IMG/VR virus record: IMGVR_UViG_3300003886_000037
Span: 1 to 36,446 of that record
Strand: one strand, 5' to 3'
DNA length: 36,446 nucleotides
Source of the DNA: a virus
Lineage: Duplodnaviria; Caudoviricetes
In this document: positions 1-8,849 of the stretch, one piece after another
How the letters are laid out: each line of letters starts with the position of its first letter
How positions within the stretch are numbered: the stretch's first letter is position 1
The notes under the pieces: model-generated
Told to the model about the DNA's origin: nothing
Database searches by the model: none
The model's input: only the letters and a program-made list of their open reading frames with translations
Made by a program: the position numbers and the translations under genes

Positions 1-257
1 CCCGCCGCATCAAGATACGGTTGGTACGCCCCGACGTTGGCACGAGTAGCGTCAAACGCTGCCCGCTCGTCCTCACTGAAGTCTGCAATCCGCGGACCTC
101 CATAAGGTTGGTAAGGTTCAGACGCTATCGCGTTCGCACGAGATACGAGACCCTGAGTATAGTCAGACAACCACTTCGGCATCGACTCAACGGTCTGACC
201 ATACGTCGTGACAGAAGGTGGTGGTCTTCCCTCAAATAGAAAGTCATCAACGGGCAT
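1..257 (-). CDS. Putative DNA-transfer/ejection (internal virion) protein, N-terminal part; runs off the left edge
   Basis: Not in the ORF track. Manual translation from ATG at 257 (TAATG overlap with the upstream stop) gives MPVDDFLFEGRPPPSVTTYGQTVESMPKWLSDYTQGLVSRANAIASEPYQPYGGPRIADFSEDERAAF..., open to base 1. The PxW..Y...L..RA....PYQPY.G.RIA.F pattern and position after the tail genes fit podovirus ejection proteins. Confidence 0.65.
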   Translation of the reverse strand, partial: MPVDDFLFEGRPPPSVTTYGQTVESMPKWLSDYTQGLVSRANAIASEPYQPYGGPRIADFSEDERAAFDATRANVGAYQPYLDAA

Positions 258-2407
258 TATGTTTTCTCCTTTTCTTTAGCCAATTCTCGCTTGAGATTAC
301 GAATAAACCGGGAGTTCTTCTTGAACCCTCCAAGTTCCTCCGCAAGTTTTTCACGTTCCTTATCGCTCAACCGACGCTTCTTGTAGACATCTTCTTTTCG
401 TTCTTCCTGTCGTCTATCGCGTAGACGTTTCTCAGACTTCCCTTCCACCGTACCACGGTAATCAGACTCGACATTTCGCTCCAGAGTATCTATGATGCGA
501 CGCACGCTACCACCCTTCGCGAGCCCGGCGATTACATCTCCACCGCTGTCCAAAGACTTGAGCTGCGCAGTTATCTCCTTCACCCTTTTCTTGTTGCCGG
601 ACTCGACGGCCTGCTTCAGACGATGAGCCAATTTCTTCAAGTCTCGAATTGCCGTAGTGTTTTTCTGCTTAACTTCGCCGCCCTCAGCCATGTACTCTTC
701 CGGAGTTCTTGCAGCGTCACTGAATCCTCCCTTCGCGAGCTTCTTCCCCTTGTGTTTCCTCAACTTGTTGCGCATCTCATCCAGTCGTCTTGCCCCGGCA
801 TCCGTACTGCCGTCACCGAGAAGGGCAACCGTCTCGCTGTCAATAATGTACTCCCCGTCGCTTAGCACAGCCGGAATATCGTCGCTGCGACCAGTCCCAG
901 GACCTCTTACGTGCGCACTTCCACCCATCGCGTACTTCTGGACGAGCCCGCCGAGTCTGTACGCCATGACCTGCCCACCTTCCATCGCACCAGCGACAGA
1001 ACCCTGAGGCCCGAACCAGCCCGGAGGATAGAGCATGTTACCGTCCAACTGCCATCCCTGTTGCTGCATGGTCATACTCTCAACCATTCCTGGCATACCA
1101 CCTCGAACTTGGCGAGGTTGATCACCGCCACCGCCTCCTCCCGGAACACCTCCCGGAGGAGGCATTGACGGAGGTAGTCCGTCGATGCTGTTCCCCTGGA
1201 AGAATGTAGCCTCGCCAGGATTGTCCGCTCCCGCGCGACCGTAGTTGTAATAGTCTTGGATGGGCATCGCCTGCCTGTCGAACGACAGGTTAGAAAGTGA
1301 CTGAGTGAAGCTGTCCGGCAACGTCGGCGGACCTCCGCCCTCACCCCCTCCCCTTCCTCCGAACATACTTCCAACTGCCAACGCTCCCCCAGCAGTCAGC
1401 AACGGATTGTCCCTCATCCAATCAGTTGCTCTGTTCCACAGACTTGGGTCTGAAGCAGCCTCTATCCCATCACTGAGTACAGCTCCATCAAGAGTCGTCT
1501 GCGGAAGAGTCTGTTCTCCATAACCAAACGGGTCTTGCTGACTTGGGTCTATTGTCATAGACCCGGGAGTGACGTCGAACTCTCCCTCACCGGGCCTGAA
1601 GATTCCTCTACCAATGTCCCCAATCTTCTCCTCCATCTTCTGCATAGGATTGCCCATGACAGACGCCATACCCTGACCGAGCGCACCTTGTTTGAATCCG
1701 ACTCCCGTCGCCTCCCCAGCCGCACCACCTAGCAGAGCGTCCCCGGCTATCTTACCAACATTGTCACCGAGACCAAGTTTGGACCCGATGTCGCCTCCGA
1801 CACCGGAAGATACGAGTCCGGACAACGCCCCAGATATTGCCCCGTCCTTTCCACCACTAATCGCACCGATGCCAGACCGAACAATCGTGTTGCCGATGGT
1901 CGCCGCTGCCTTACCAGTAGCACCGAGCCAACCACCTACCGCAGATCCGAGTCCTGGAGCAAACACGTTCAGCGCAATCGGCGCGAGGAAACTGAAGAGC
2001 GGACTCTTCACAATCTTCTTAATTGTCTTCTTGATTTTCTTCCAAATCTTCTTATGAATGAAGTACTCAGGAAGTCCAGTATTCGGGTTAGTGGTGGGCT
2101 TTCCCCACATGGCTGTGATAGCTTCGAATTCTTCCGGCGACATATGTATAAGCATCTCGTCACCGTTACGTCCTTCACTGCGAGTTTCTTTGGCTGCAGC
2201 AGACAAAGCCCCAGACGCTTCGTCTACGGAACCGCCAGTGTACATGCGGAGCTGCTTTGAGCCTCCCCCATCTCCGACACCGAGTTCTTCAGCAGCCATC
2301 GTCATCAACATATCGAGACCACCAGGAACTTGAGCTACTGACGCAATATCCTGTGTGAACTCCTTACCTTTACGAAACTCGGTGCGTCCGCCTACATTCT
2401 TCGCCAT
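257..2407 (-). CDS. Gly-rich internal virion/ejection protein (716 aa)
   Basis: Long ORF with a Gly/Ala-rich hydrophobic core, GRNGDEMLIHMSPEE...TNPNTGLPEY and GPGTGRSDDIPAVLSDGEYIIDSETVALLGDGS blocks, and about 7 xxxGGxV-type motifs. Lies downstream of the tail tube genes. Confidence 0.6.
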   Translation of the reverse strand: MAKNVGGRTEFRKGKEFTQDIASVAQVPGGLDMLMTMAAEELGVGDGGGSKQLRMYTGGSVDEASGALSAAAKETRSEGRNGDEMLIHMSPEEFEAITAMWGKPTTNPNTGLPEYFIHKKIWKKIKKTIKKIVKSPLFSFLAPIALNVFAPGLGSAVGGWLGATGKAAATIGNTIVRSGIGAISGGKDGAISGALSGLVSSGVGGDIGSKLGLGDNVGKIAGDALLGGAAGEATGVGFKQGALGQGMASVMGNPMQKMEEKIGDIGRGIFRPGEGEFDVTPGSMTIDPSQQDPFGYGEQTLPQTTLDGAVLSDGIEAASDPSLWNRATDWMRDNPLLTAGGALAVGSMFGGRGGGEGGGPPTLPDSFTQSLSNLSFDRQAMPIQDYYNYGRAGADNPGEATFFQGNSIDGLPPSMPPPGGVPGGGGGGDQPRQVRGGMPGMVESMTMQQQGWQLDGNMLYPPGWFGPQGSVAGAMEGGQVMAYRLGGLVQKYAMGGSAHVRGPGTGRSDDIPAVLSDGEYIIDSETVALLGDGSTDAGARRLDEMRNKLRKHKGKKLAKGGFSDAARTPEEYMAEGGEVKQKNTTAIRDLKKLAHRLKQAVESGNKKRVKEITAQLKSLDSGGDVIAGLAKGGSVRRIIDTLERNVESDYRGTVEGKSEKRLRDRRQEERKEDVYKKRRLSDKEREKLAEELGGFKKNSRFIRNLKRELAKEKEKT

Positions 2408-2419
2408 AACATCATCCTA

Positions 2420-2656
2420 TCAGTTCAATTCTTGCGTCAAGAAAAACAATTCCGCCCACTCACGCCAGTCATCAAAATCTAACGGCCACGGAGCGTCTCT
2501 TCCAATTTCATCTGGATCCCCAATCAAGTTTATAGCCCAAGCCTGCCACTTGTCTGGGTCATTCAATTTTTGCGTCGTTCCGTTACCAATATCCTGAAAC
2601 GACGACAATCTGTCCGTCCATTCCACAACGTCCATGTGGGCCGGATTGAGGATCAT
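2420..2656 (-). CDS. Hypothetical Trp-rich virion-module protein (78 aa)
   Basis: ATGA overlap with the upstream gene. Repeated W..W motifs (DKWQAWA, DDWREWA). Confidence 0.7.
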   Translation of the reverse strand: MILNPAHMDVVEWTDRLSSFQDIGNGTTQKLNDPDKWQAWAINLIGDPDEIGRDAPWPLDFDDWREWAELFFLTQELN

Positions 2657-4206
2657 GACTCTACGCGCTCCTGACCGGGTTCAACGTGCGCTAACGTCTC
2701 ACCAAATTCGTAGTCTCCACCCTGCACGTTGCTCTCAAACTTGAAGCTCATAAGTCTGCGAACCTCTCTGAATTTCACCGTCTCATCCGTCGTCTCTGCC
2801 GGAGCATCCGCGAACGTCTGCGCCGCAGACTCGATGAATGGAGCCTTGCTGTTAACTCTTCCGCGTATAGTTACAGTCATATCCCCAGACTGTACAAAGT
2901 CTGGCTCCATACGCGCCACGCGAAGTTCCTTGTTACTCGGACTCTGGTCGTCGATCGGCATACCAATCTCTGCAGTCTCAAAGTGAGACGGAATAGCGTT
3001 GATCGCACTGCCGTTGATCTTATCCACTCCGGTCTCATGCTGCCAAAGAGTGTACAGAGGAGTCGCCAGCGTCCCCGCGTTCTCAGCGTCGACCATGAAC
3101 GGTCTGTTGTAGACCTTAGCGTATATCCCGGCAGTCCTTCCGGGAAAGTTGGGCTGGTCAAGATTGACGTTATTGAGTGGGAGTTCCGTGTCGTACCAGT
3201 ACCCCTCCTTCACATTGAAGATCACGGCATGGGTACACTCCGTCGCGTTGCCGCGAGGGTAGCACCACCAGATCTCACCGAAGCGAGGAACCTTGAACCC
3301 GAACACCTTCTGTCTCTGGTTAAAGTTCAGATTGTCAAAGAAGTAATTTATGTTCAAGTCATTCGGTATGTCGCGAACGACACCATTGAACATCATCCAT
3401 CTGTCTACTCCAGGCCAGAAATACGTACCATCGTACTCGACCACCCCCTGACTGGATAGAATACTGATGTCACTGGCGAGTGTATCAAACTGCCATACAG
3501 CGGCCCCACCGACGAACGTTGCGCGAATCAAAGCATCAAGCGACCAGAACAAACCAGCCGGTCCCTGACCAGCGCCACGAAGAGGAATCCCCTTCACCAC
3601 CTTCTGTTGAGTTATGAACGCCTCTACATCTATGGTCGTAGGGTCGTTGACTGCGGACCATCCAACCTGTCCATTGTTCCCATAGAAGAACAAGTACGGA
3701 CCGAGCGTTACAATCCCCCCACTGACAGAATTGAGTGTAGCGTCTATCAGAACGCCAGCCGCAGTCGCCTCACCAATATAGATATCTGTTTCTGCCGTGC
3801 TGTCTATGTTTACTAGGTTCATACCAGGATGGGCAACCACATCCGTCAACGTAGTGACTCCGTCGTAAAAATGGTCGAACTGCCATAAGTGTTGGGTATT
3901 AAGTGCGAACCCGACTGGAGTCCTATCATTCTGAGCAGACAAAGTTCCAGCGCCAGACACGACGTACTGCGACACCTGACCCTCCCCGCCGATGTGAAGA
4001 TAACGAGCACCATCTGCACTGAAACTAGTCATTCCGCGCGCAAGTTCTGGCACGGTAGACGACACAGCTTGGTACCCACCCATCTTCCTAGGACGCCCAC
4101 GCTGGAACCGACACCACTGTCCGTCAATGTAGTTCTGGCCCTCCAAAACTGTACCGTCACGCTTAATGCCGGGGGCTGATCGTAATTTTACTGGAAGCTC
4201 TGGCAT
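2653..4206 (-). CDS. Tail tubular protein B / P22 gp10-like head-stabilisation (nozzle) protein (517 aa)
   Basis: Start reassigned to MPELPVKL at 4206, just past the previous stop. Beta-rich sequence with NYIDGQWCRFQRGRPRKMGG at the N-terminus and FGEIWWCYP and VIFNVKEGYWY motifs, typical of podovirus nozzle proteins. Confidence 0.7.
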   Translation of the reverse strand: MPELPVKLRSAPGIKRDGTVLEGQNYIDGQWCRFQRGRPRKMGGYQAVSSTVPELARGMTSFSADGARYLHIGGEGQVSQYVVSGAGTLSAQNDRTPVGFALNTQHLWQFDHFYDGVTTLTDVVAHPGMNLVNIDSTAETDIYIGEATAAGVLIDATLNSVSGGIVTLGPYLFFYGNNGQVGWSAVNDPTTIDVEAFITQQKVVKGIPLRGAGQGPAGLFWSLDALIRATFVGGAAVWQFDTLASDISILSSQGVVEYDGTYFWPGVDRWMMFNGVVRDIPNDLNINYFFDNLNFNQRQKVFGFKVPRFGEIWWCYPRGNATECTHAVIFNVKEGYWYDTELPLNNVNLDQPNFPGRTAGIYAKVYNRPFMVDAENAGTLATPLYTLWQHETGVDKINGSAINAIPSHFETAEIGMPIDDQSPSNKELRVARMEPDFVQSGDMTVTIRGRVNSKAPFIESAAQTFADAPAETTDETVKFREVRRLMSFKFESNVQGGDYEFGETLAHVEPGQERVES

Positions 4207-4210
4207 CTGG

Positions 4211-5953
4211 CTATCCCATGTACTGTGCGTACATCGCACTTCCAACTTCAAGTTCTAAGTTGGCTGCATTACTATTCTCCTGAGCCCACTCAAAGTCTAT
4301 TGTAGCGTTGGGAATCGTCGTCCTCACCCAAGCATGGATGGCTGACTGCGCTATTCCTGCACCGCCAGTGCTCGGCAGTATGTCTTGAGTGAATGAGCTA
4401 CTAATAAACGTCCACGGCATTGGCTGCGGTCCAGGAGCCAGCCCCTGACCCCACCACCACGAGAATATAGCGACGCCGCTCGTTGCCCACTCCACTCTCA
4501 TCCCGTTACTGCTCCCACTGAGATCCTGAACCGTGAGCAGCGCAGTCAAGTAGTAAGTTCCGGCGACCGGCAACGTGAGTACCAATTCTGGGTCAGCACT
4601 CGGGACGACGTCACTAGATCTACCAGTCGTCAACGCCTTTATGACCCCTCGGCTGTTGTTCGGCACGATGAGACCTATAGGAACCTTCCTCGTAGCAACG
4701 GCGCTGTCGTCGTAGAACGCTATCGTATCCGCCGCTAGGTCAACAACCAACTCAGTCACAAGGTCATCAACATCTATTACAAGGTTTATGTCCGCAGAAA
4801 GATTGTTACCACCAGCGAGACCACTTCCAGCGGGGGTGTTCAAATTGCGCCCCACGCCAAGATTAGCCATCGCGTCTACAGCGTTGAGCGCTCCAGTTCC
4901 TCCCTGACCAATGCTGATCGGAGGTGTGAGCGTTCCAGTATCTGCGTCAATGACGTCAGTTCCGTCGCAATAGAAGATGCTTCTGTTGTTTTGCAGAACC
5001 TCTACCGGAGTAACTTGAGCGGCGGTTGCCACGAATAGTGAGAACGCCCCGGTCGTACTGTTGTCAACCCAATACTGTTGAATGGTGTTCGGCACACGAA
5101 TTGTTCGATTGCCTGTGAGCGCACCGACGAATCGGTAGCTGATGCGATTGAGCTGGACACCGGAGAGGTTGAAGTCTCCCGTACCCGAGACATCTATCTG
5201 TACGAAGTCGAACGTTCCAGCCGTTGACTGACCGAGACCAACCGTGTAGAAGTTCGCCCCATCGGTTATGACCATCGCAGAAGTACCAGGAGACATGATT
5301 AGAGTCGCGGCGCTGTCAATAGTCCCAGCAGCGGGAGTAATCGTGAGGTCCCCAGACCCCTCGTTGCGTACAATACTGAACCAGTCACTTCCTACAGTCG
5401 CTGCAACGGGTAAGTTCAGTATACCAACTCCCCCAGTCCAGATTGTGAACTGAGCACGATTCGCGTCTACCCAATTGATTGGAGTAACTGCTGTCAGTGT
5501 CGGTGGGATTGTGCGGTTAAGCGTCGTAGCGATGGCTTTCAGGCCAGCGCCTGCGAGCGCAGAAGCATTCGCGACTGACACAGTAGCACCGAGCTGGAAC
5601 GTCCTCCACACTCCCGCCGCCGTACTGTTGTCCGTCAGGTATATGAACCACGCCTCTCCCGGAGCAAGGGATATGATGGTCCCTCCCGCACTGTCCCGTA
5701 TCGTCACAGTCTGTGCGCCGACGTTGGTCATGAGAGATGTAAACCCGTTCGACACGATCTGCGCATCGTCGAAGTCCACGTTCAGTCCGGGAGCAGTAGC
5801 GTTGACATCTATGATGTCTGCAGCTACGTTAGACCCGGCGATCTGCTGTTCTATCGGCCACTGGAGCGCAACGTCAATCGCAGTCACCAGAGACAAGTAT
5901 GTACGCTGCGATGGGTTGATAGATCCGCCACCGAAGACTTCTGTATAGCCCAT
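4211..5953 (-). CDS. Tail fibre/tail-associated structural protein (580 aa)
   Basis: Thr/Gly/Ala/Val-rich beta-repeat sequence, fibre motif PISIGQGGTGA, and a C-terminal jelly-roll-like domain. Lies between the tail tube genes. Confidence 0.65.
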   Translation of the reverse strand: MGYTEVFGGGSINPSQRTYLSLVTAIDVALQWPIEQQIAGSNVAADIIDVNATAPGLNVDFDDAQIVSNGFTSLMTNVGAQTVTIRDSAGGTIISLAPGEAWFIYLTDNSTAAGVWRTFQLGATVSVANASALAGAGLKAIATTLNRTIPPTLTAVTPINWVDANRAQFTIWTGGVGILNLPVAATVGSDWFSIVRNEGSGDLTITPAAGTIDSAATLIMSPGTSAMVITDGANFYTVGLGQSTAGTFDFVQIDVSGTGDFNLSGVQLNRISYRFVGALTGNRTIRVPNTIQQYWVDNSTTGAFSLFVATAAQVTPVEVLQNNRSIFYCDGTDVIDADTGTLTPPISIGQGGTGALNAVDAMANLGVGRNLNTPAGSGLAGGNNLSADINLVIDVDDLVTELVVDLAADTIAFYDDSAVATRKVPIGLIVPNNSRGVIKALTTGRSSDVVPSADPELVLTLPVAGTYYLTALLTVQDLSGSSNGMRVEWATSGVAIFSWWWGQGLAPGPQPMPWTFISSSFTQDILPSTGGAGIAQSAIHAWVRTTIPNATIDFEWAQENSNAANLELEVGSAMYAQYMG

Positions 5954-5954
5954 C

Positions 5955-6599
5955 TTACGCCTCCTGTCGTGTAGACGACCTGTCTACAATCTTTTTAATG
6001 TCTTCACCGTTGAGCAGTTGCAGATCTCTGTCGTATGCTGCCTGCCACAACGGAACTCGTTCGTCGTTCTTGAGGAATCGAGTTGCCTGAACCAATGCTC
6101 CGTGAAGCAGAGCATTCGGAGCAAGATCAGTCGTCCAATTAGTCTGATTCACAGCATCGAGCAACGCCGGAAGCTGATAGTACAGCAACTCAAACGGATA
6201 CGCCGCGTCTGGGGTTGGAGCGAACAGAAAATTGTAGTAGTTATAATCCGCGTAGAACCTCGGCTGCTCACGCAACTCTTCATCAGGCCAGTACAGTCGC
6301 GCGTACTCGTAAGAACGTGGGAACAGCGGGGTTCTCACCTGCGCTGTTCCCACGCCGAAGTTGATGCTGACCGTGTCGCGCCAGCGATCAGGCTTCTGGT
6401 ACACAGATGTCCCAGCAGCCATGATTCCCGTCACGACGTTTATGAACCCTTGAATCTTCAGCGCCCGAGCGATATCACGCTCTGCAAGGTTGATGAGCCG
6501 AGGAATCTGCCCAAACACCGTCGGGTCGACGGACGTGCCGCGCTCTAGGTACTGTCGCAGATCGGTCTGCAACGAATCAAAGGTCATTGAGGTCGCCAT
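5955..6599 (-). CDS. Head-tail adaptor / tail tubular protein A (214 aa)
   Basis: IPRLINLAERDIAR, FAPTPDAAYPFELLYY and NW...APNALLHGAL motifs resemble podovirus adaptor proteins. GGAG RBS upstream. Confidence 0.7.
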   Translation of the reverse strand: MATSMTFDSLQTDLRQYLERGTSVDPTVFGQIPRLINLAERDIARALKIQGFINVVTGIMAAGTSVYQKPDRWRDTVSINFGVGTAQVRTPLFPRSYEYARLYWPDEELREQPRFYADYNYYNFLFAPTPDAAYPFELLYYQLPALLDAVNQTNWTTDLAPNALLHGALVQATRFLKNDERVPLWQAAYDRDLQLLNGEDIKKIVDRSSTRQEA

Positions 6600-6609
6600 C
6601 TTCTTTCTC

Positions 6610-7062
6610 CTACTCTTCTAGCAATTCTTCAAGCTCGGCGATCCTATCGCCCTGCTCTTCGGTGAGATCCTCTTCCGCAATGTCTTCAAGATCGGCGAGT
6701 TCCACCTCCAACAAGTTGCGGGCTTCTTCCGCCTCACGTTCTCCCGCTTCCTGAGCTTCCTCGGCCTCGGCTTGCTGACGAGCACGCTGGATGACGTCGC
6801 TAGCTGCATCGCTACGAGCCTTGAGCGTCTCCCATTCTGCCGGAGTTGGCGCACGGTTTTCCTCAACCATCGCCGAGATAGTATCCGCGAACGCCACCAA
6901 CTCTCGGTATCCCTCTTCTCCCCGCGTTAAAAGTTCGCCGAGCAGTGACAGAAGTTCGGAAGCCTCCTGAAGCTTCAGACTAGACCCACCACTGAGAGCT
7001 GGATTGTTCGTCAGTACGGACAAGCCGTTGATCGCGATCATTATAAGTTGGATGGGATTCAT
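6610..7062 (-). CDS. Hypothetical protein with hydrophobic N-terminus and acidic coiled-coil tail; possible spanin-type lysis accessory
   Basis: ATGA-coupled to the lipoprotein gene. Helical, with an E-rich C-terminus. Confidence 0.55.
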   Translation of the reverse strand: MNPIQLIMIAINGLSVLTNNPALSGGSSLKLQEASELLSLLGELLTRGEEGYRELVAFADTISAMVEENRAPTPAEWETLKARSDAASDVIQRARQQAEAEEAQEAGEREAEEARNLLEVELADLEDIAEEDLTEEQGDRIAELEELLEE

Positions 7063-7475
7063 TGTTCCGCTCCTTCTTTAACAGACTGCAGATTGGCGAC
7101 CAGAGGTAGAAGTCTCTCCACCCAATTATTGAGATTATTCATGGTACTGATAAAGCGGATTTCTCCAGTTCCTCCCGCGAGGTATTCTTTTCGGATGGCT
7201 TCGAACTCAACAGTCAGTTCGATGAGCGGATCAGCGACCTCTTTCGCTGCCTCCTCTGCTCGCCCTATTGCGATGATCGACCGATTGTCAAGTTGTCCGC
7301 TTGACACGAGCTTCGCGGCCTGCTCCGACACGATGACGAACTCACCGTATGCGGCGTACGCCTTCTGCTCTACAGTCTCGGCTCGCTTTACTGCGTTCGC
7401 CGCACCACACGCTTGAAGCGCGAGTACGATGACCAGCAGAAACTGGAACCGAAGAAAGTTATATTTCGGGGTCAT
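7059..7475 (-). CDS. Putative lipoprotein, possible spanin component (138 aa)
   Basis: Signal peptide FQFLLVIVLALQA-C with a lipobox-like LQAC, followed by helical sequence. Sits directly after the holin. Confidence 0.6.
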   Translation of the reverse strand: MTPKYNFLRFQFLLVIVLALQACGAANAVKRAETVEQKAYAAYGEFVIVSEQAAKLVSSGQLDNRSIIAIGRAEEAAKEVADPLIELTVEFEAIRKEYLAGGTGEIRFISTMNNLNNWVERLLPLVANLQSVKEGAEQ

Positions 7476-7702
7476 AATGTACCTCCTCCATCACCCGATC
7501 CTGTGACTTTGCTCACCAGACGTCGGGTTGATATCGCCTGATAGTCTTTGAAAAATGTAATCGCAACGCCGATTCCAAGGATTACCCACTGAAGCGGACT
7601 AACGTCGCTCAGAGATGTAACTGTGTCTCCACTCAGCACGGCCAGTGCTGCCGTCAAACCTGCGATGACCGCTGCAATCAGCGCTCCTACGATGGTATTC
7701 AT
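7472..7702 (-). CDS. Putative holin (76 aa, two TM helices)
   Basis: Start reassigned to MNTIVG at 7702 (ATGA overlap with the endolysin stop). Hydrophobic segments IVGALIAAVIAGLTAALAVL and LQWVILGIGVAITFF, then a basic tail. Confidence 0.7.
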   Translation of the reverse strand: MNTIVGALIAAVIAGLTAALAVLSGDTVTSLSDVSPLQWVILGIGVAITFFKDYQAISTRRLVSKVTGSGDGGGTL

Positions 7703-8181
7703 ACTCTTTCTCCTAAGATGTATCTCTTCCAATTCTTCACAAATTCCTCTTCCGTTCCCGCCCCGAGGACGGTATTGTAGTGTTTCTTCCAGTACGCGGC
7801 GTATCCTTCAACGTCACCGTGTTCTGGAAGAGGTTCACTCTTCCTTCGGTAATGGACACGACACATCATCGCACCGTACCTTAAATCCCAAACTAATCGG
7901 TCAGCATTGGGCCTGAATCCATCAAACCGAATAGCATCCTTCAACTCCTGACTGACTGTGCGTTTATACGCAAGCCAGTTGTTCCAGATATCATCGTGAG
8001 TGGCAGGCTCCATCTGAAAAAGACCACGCGCCGGTCCATCGTTAAACTGGCGGACGTACTTTAGATGCGACTCCTGGGCTGCAGTTCCCATGACGAGATC
8101 TTCTGCTTGCGCGGAGTGCATTCCGATCTCCGCTAGTGCCGGAGCAACGATGTACTTTCTTAGGTGATTAGCGTCCATCAA
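7699..8181 (-). CDS. Endolysin, lysozyme-like/lytic transglycosylase fold (160 aa)
   Basis: GTAAQES (catalytic Glu), GLFQMEPAT and YWKKHYNT motifs of SLT/lysozyme-like phage lysins. Adjacent to the holin. Confidence 0.8.
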   Translation of the reverse strand: MMDANHLRKYIVAPALAEIGMHSAQAEDLVMGTAAQESHLKYVRQFNDGPARGLFQMEPATHDDIWNNWLAYKRTVSQELKDAIRFDGFRPNADRLVWDLRYGAMMCRVHYRRKSEPLPEHGDVEGYAAYWKKHYNTVLGAGTEEEFVKNWKRYILGERV

Positions 8182-8549
8182 CTTGTCCCCTCTTGGAGCG
8201 CGTTCTTCGCTTCTTCAAGCGCATCCAATTGAATCTCCAAATCCGCCAAATACGAAGCATCCTCTGACGACCACGCATCTGCGTCGCTTCTTTGACGGAA
8301 TTTTAACGACGCGATATCCTTTCGCGTGGCGTTAATGTCCCGCTGTAAAAGAGCTACGAACGCCTTATTGATCGGAGCAACCTCAGTCGCGACGGTCTGC
8401 TTGATCGACTCCTGCATCTCTTCCGCCAGAGCATCCACGAGGATGGGCTGAATGATGAACCAGAAAATAGGTACAAGACCCGCGTAGGTAACAATCTGAT
8501 TGATTCCTATGCGAATCCCGCGCTCTTTGGTCTCTTGCTTAATCGCCAT
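8178..8549 (-). CDS. Membrane-anchored coiled-coil protein of the lysis cassette (123 aa)
   Basis: One TM segment (IVTYAGLVPIFWFIIQPIL) followed by heptad-like helices. Confidence 0.6.
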   Translation of the reverse strand: MAIKQETKERGIRIGINQIVTYAGLVPIFWFIIQPILVDALAEEMQESIKQTVATEVAPINKAFVALLQRDINATRKDIASLKFRQRSDADAWSSEDASYLADLEIQLDALEEAKNALQEGTS

Positions 8550-8553
8550 CTTC

Positions 8554-8829
8554 TTAATCCTCGTCGTTACCCGAAGTCGTCTCAGCAGCTTTCTTCAACG
8601 CTTCGTACTCTTGGGCCATCACAGACGTTATCAGCACAGACTCTCCCGTAACGAGCGCGCTGAGGATGGAGTTGACGATAACTAGATCGCCAGACAGTGA
8701 CATACTTGGTAAAATGGTCACACGCTCGTCGTCGTTTAGAAGTTCGTGCGCTGACTTACAAGCCTTCGCAATCTGGTGCTGGTTGAGTTGAATCTGCTGT
8801 GGCGCTGCTTGCTTCATTACGTCGTTCAT
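8554..8829 (-). CDS. Hypothetical protein after the tail fibre gene, possible fibre chaperone (91 aa)
   Basis: Clean ORF with GAGG RBS. Function inferred from position only. Confidence 0.55.
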   Translation of the reverse strand: MNDVMKQAAPQQIQLNQHQIAKACKSAHELLNDDERVTILPSMSLSGDLVIVNSILSALVTGESVLITSVMAQEYEALKKAAETTSGNDED

Positions 8830-8849
8830 AGTACTTCCTCTTTAAGTGA

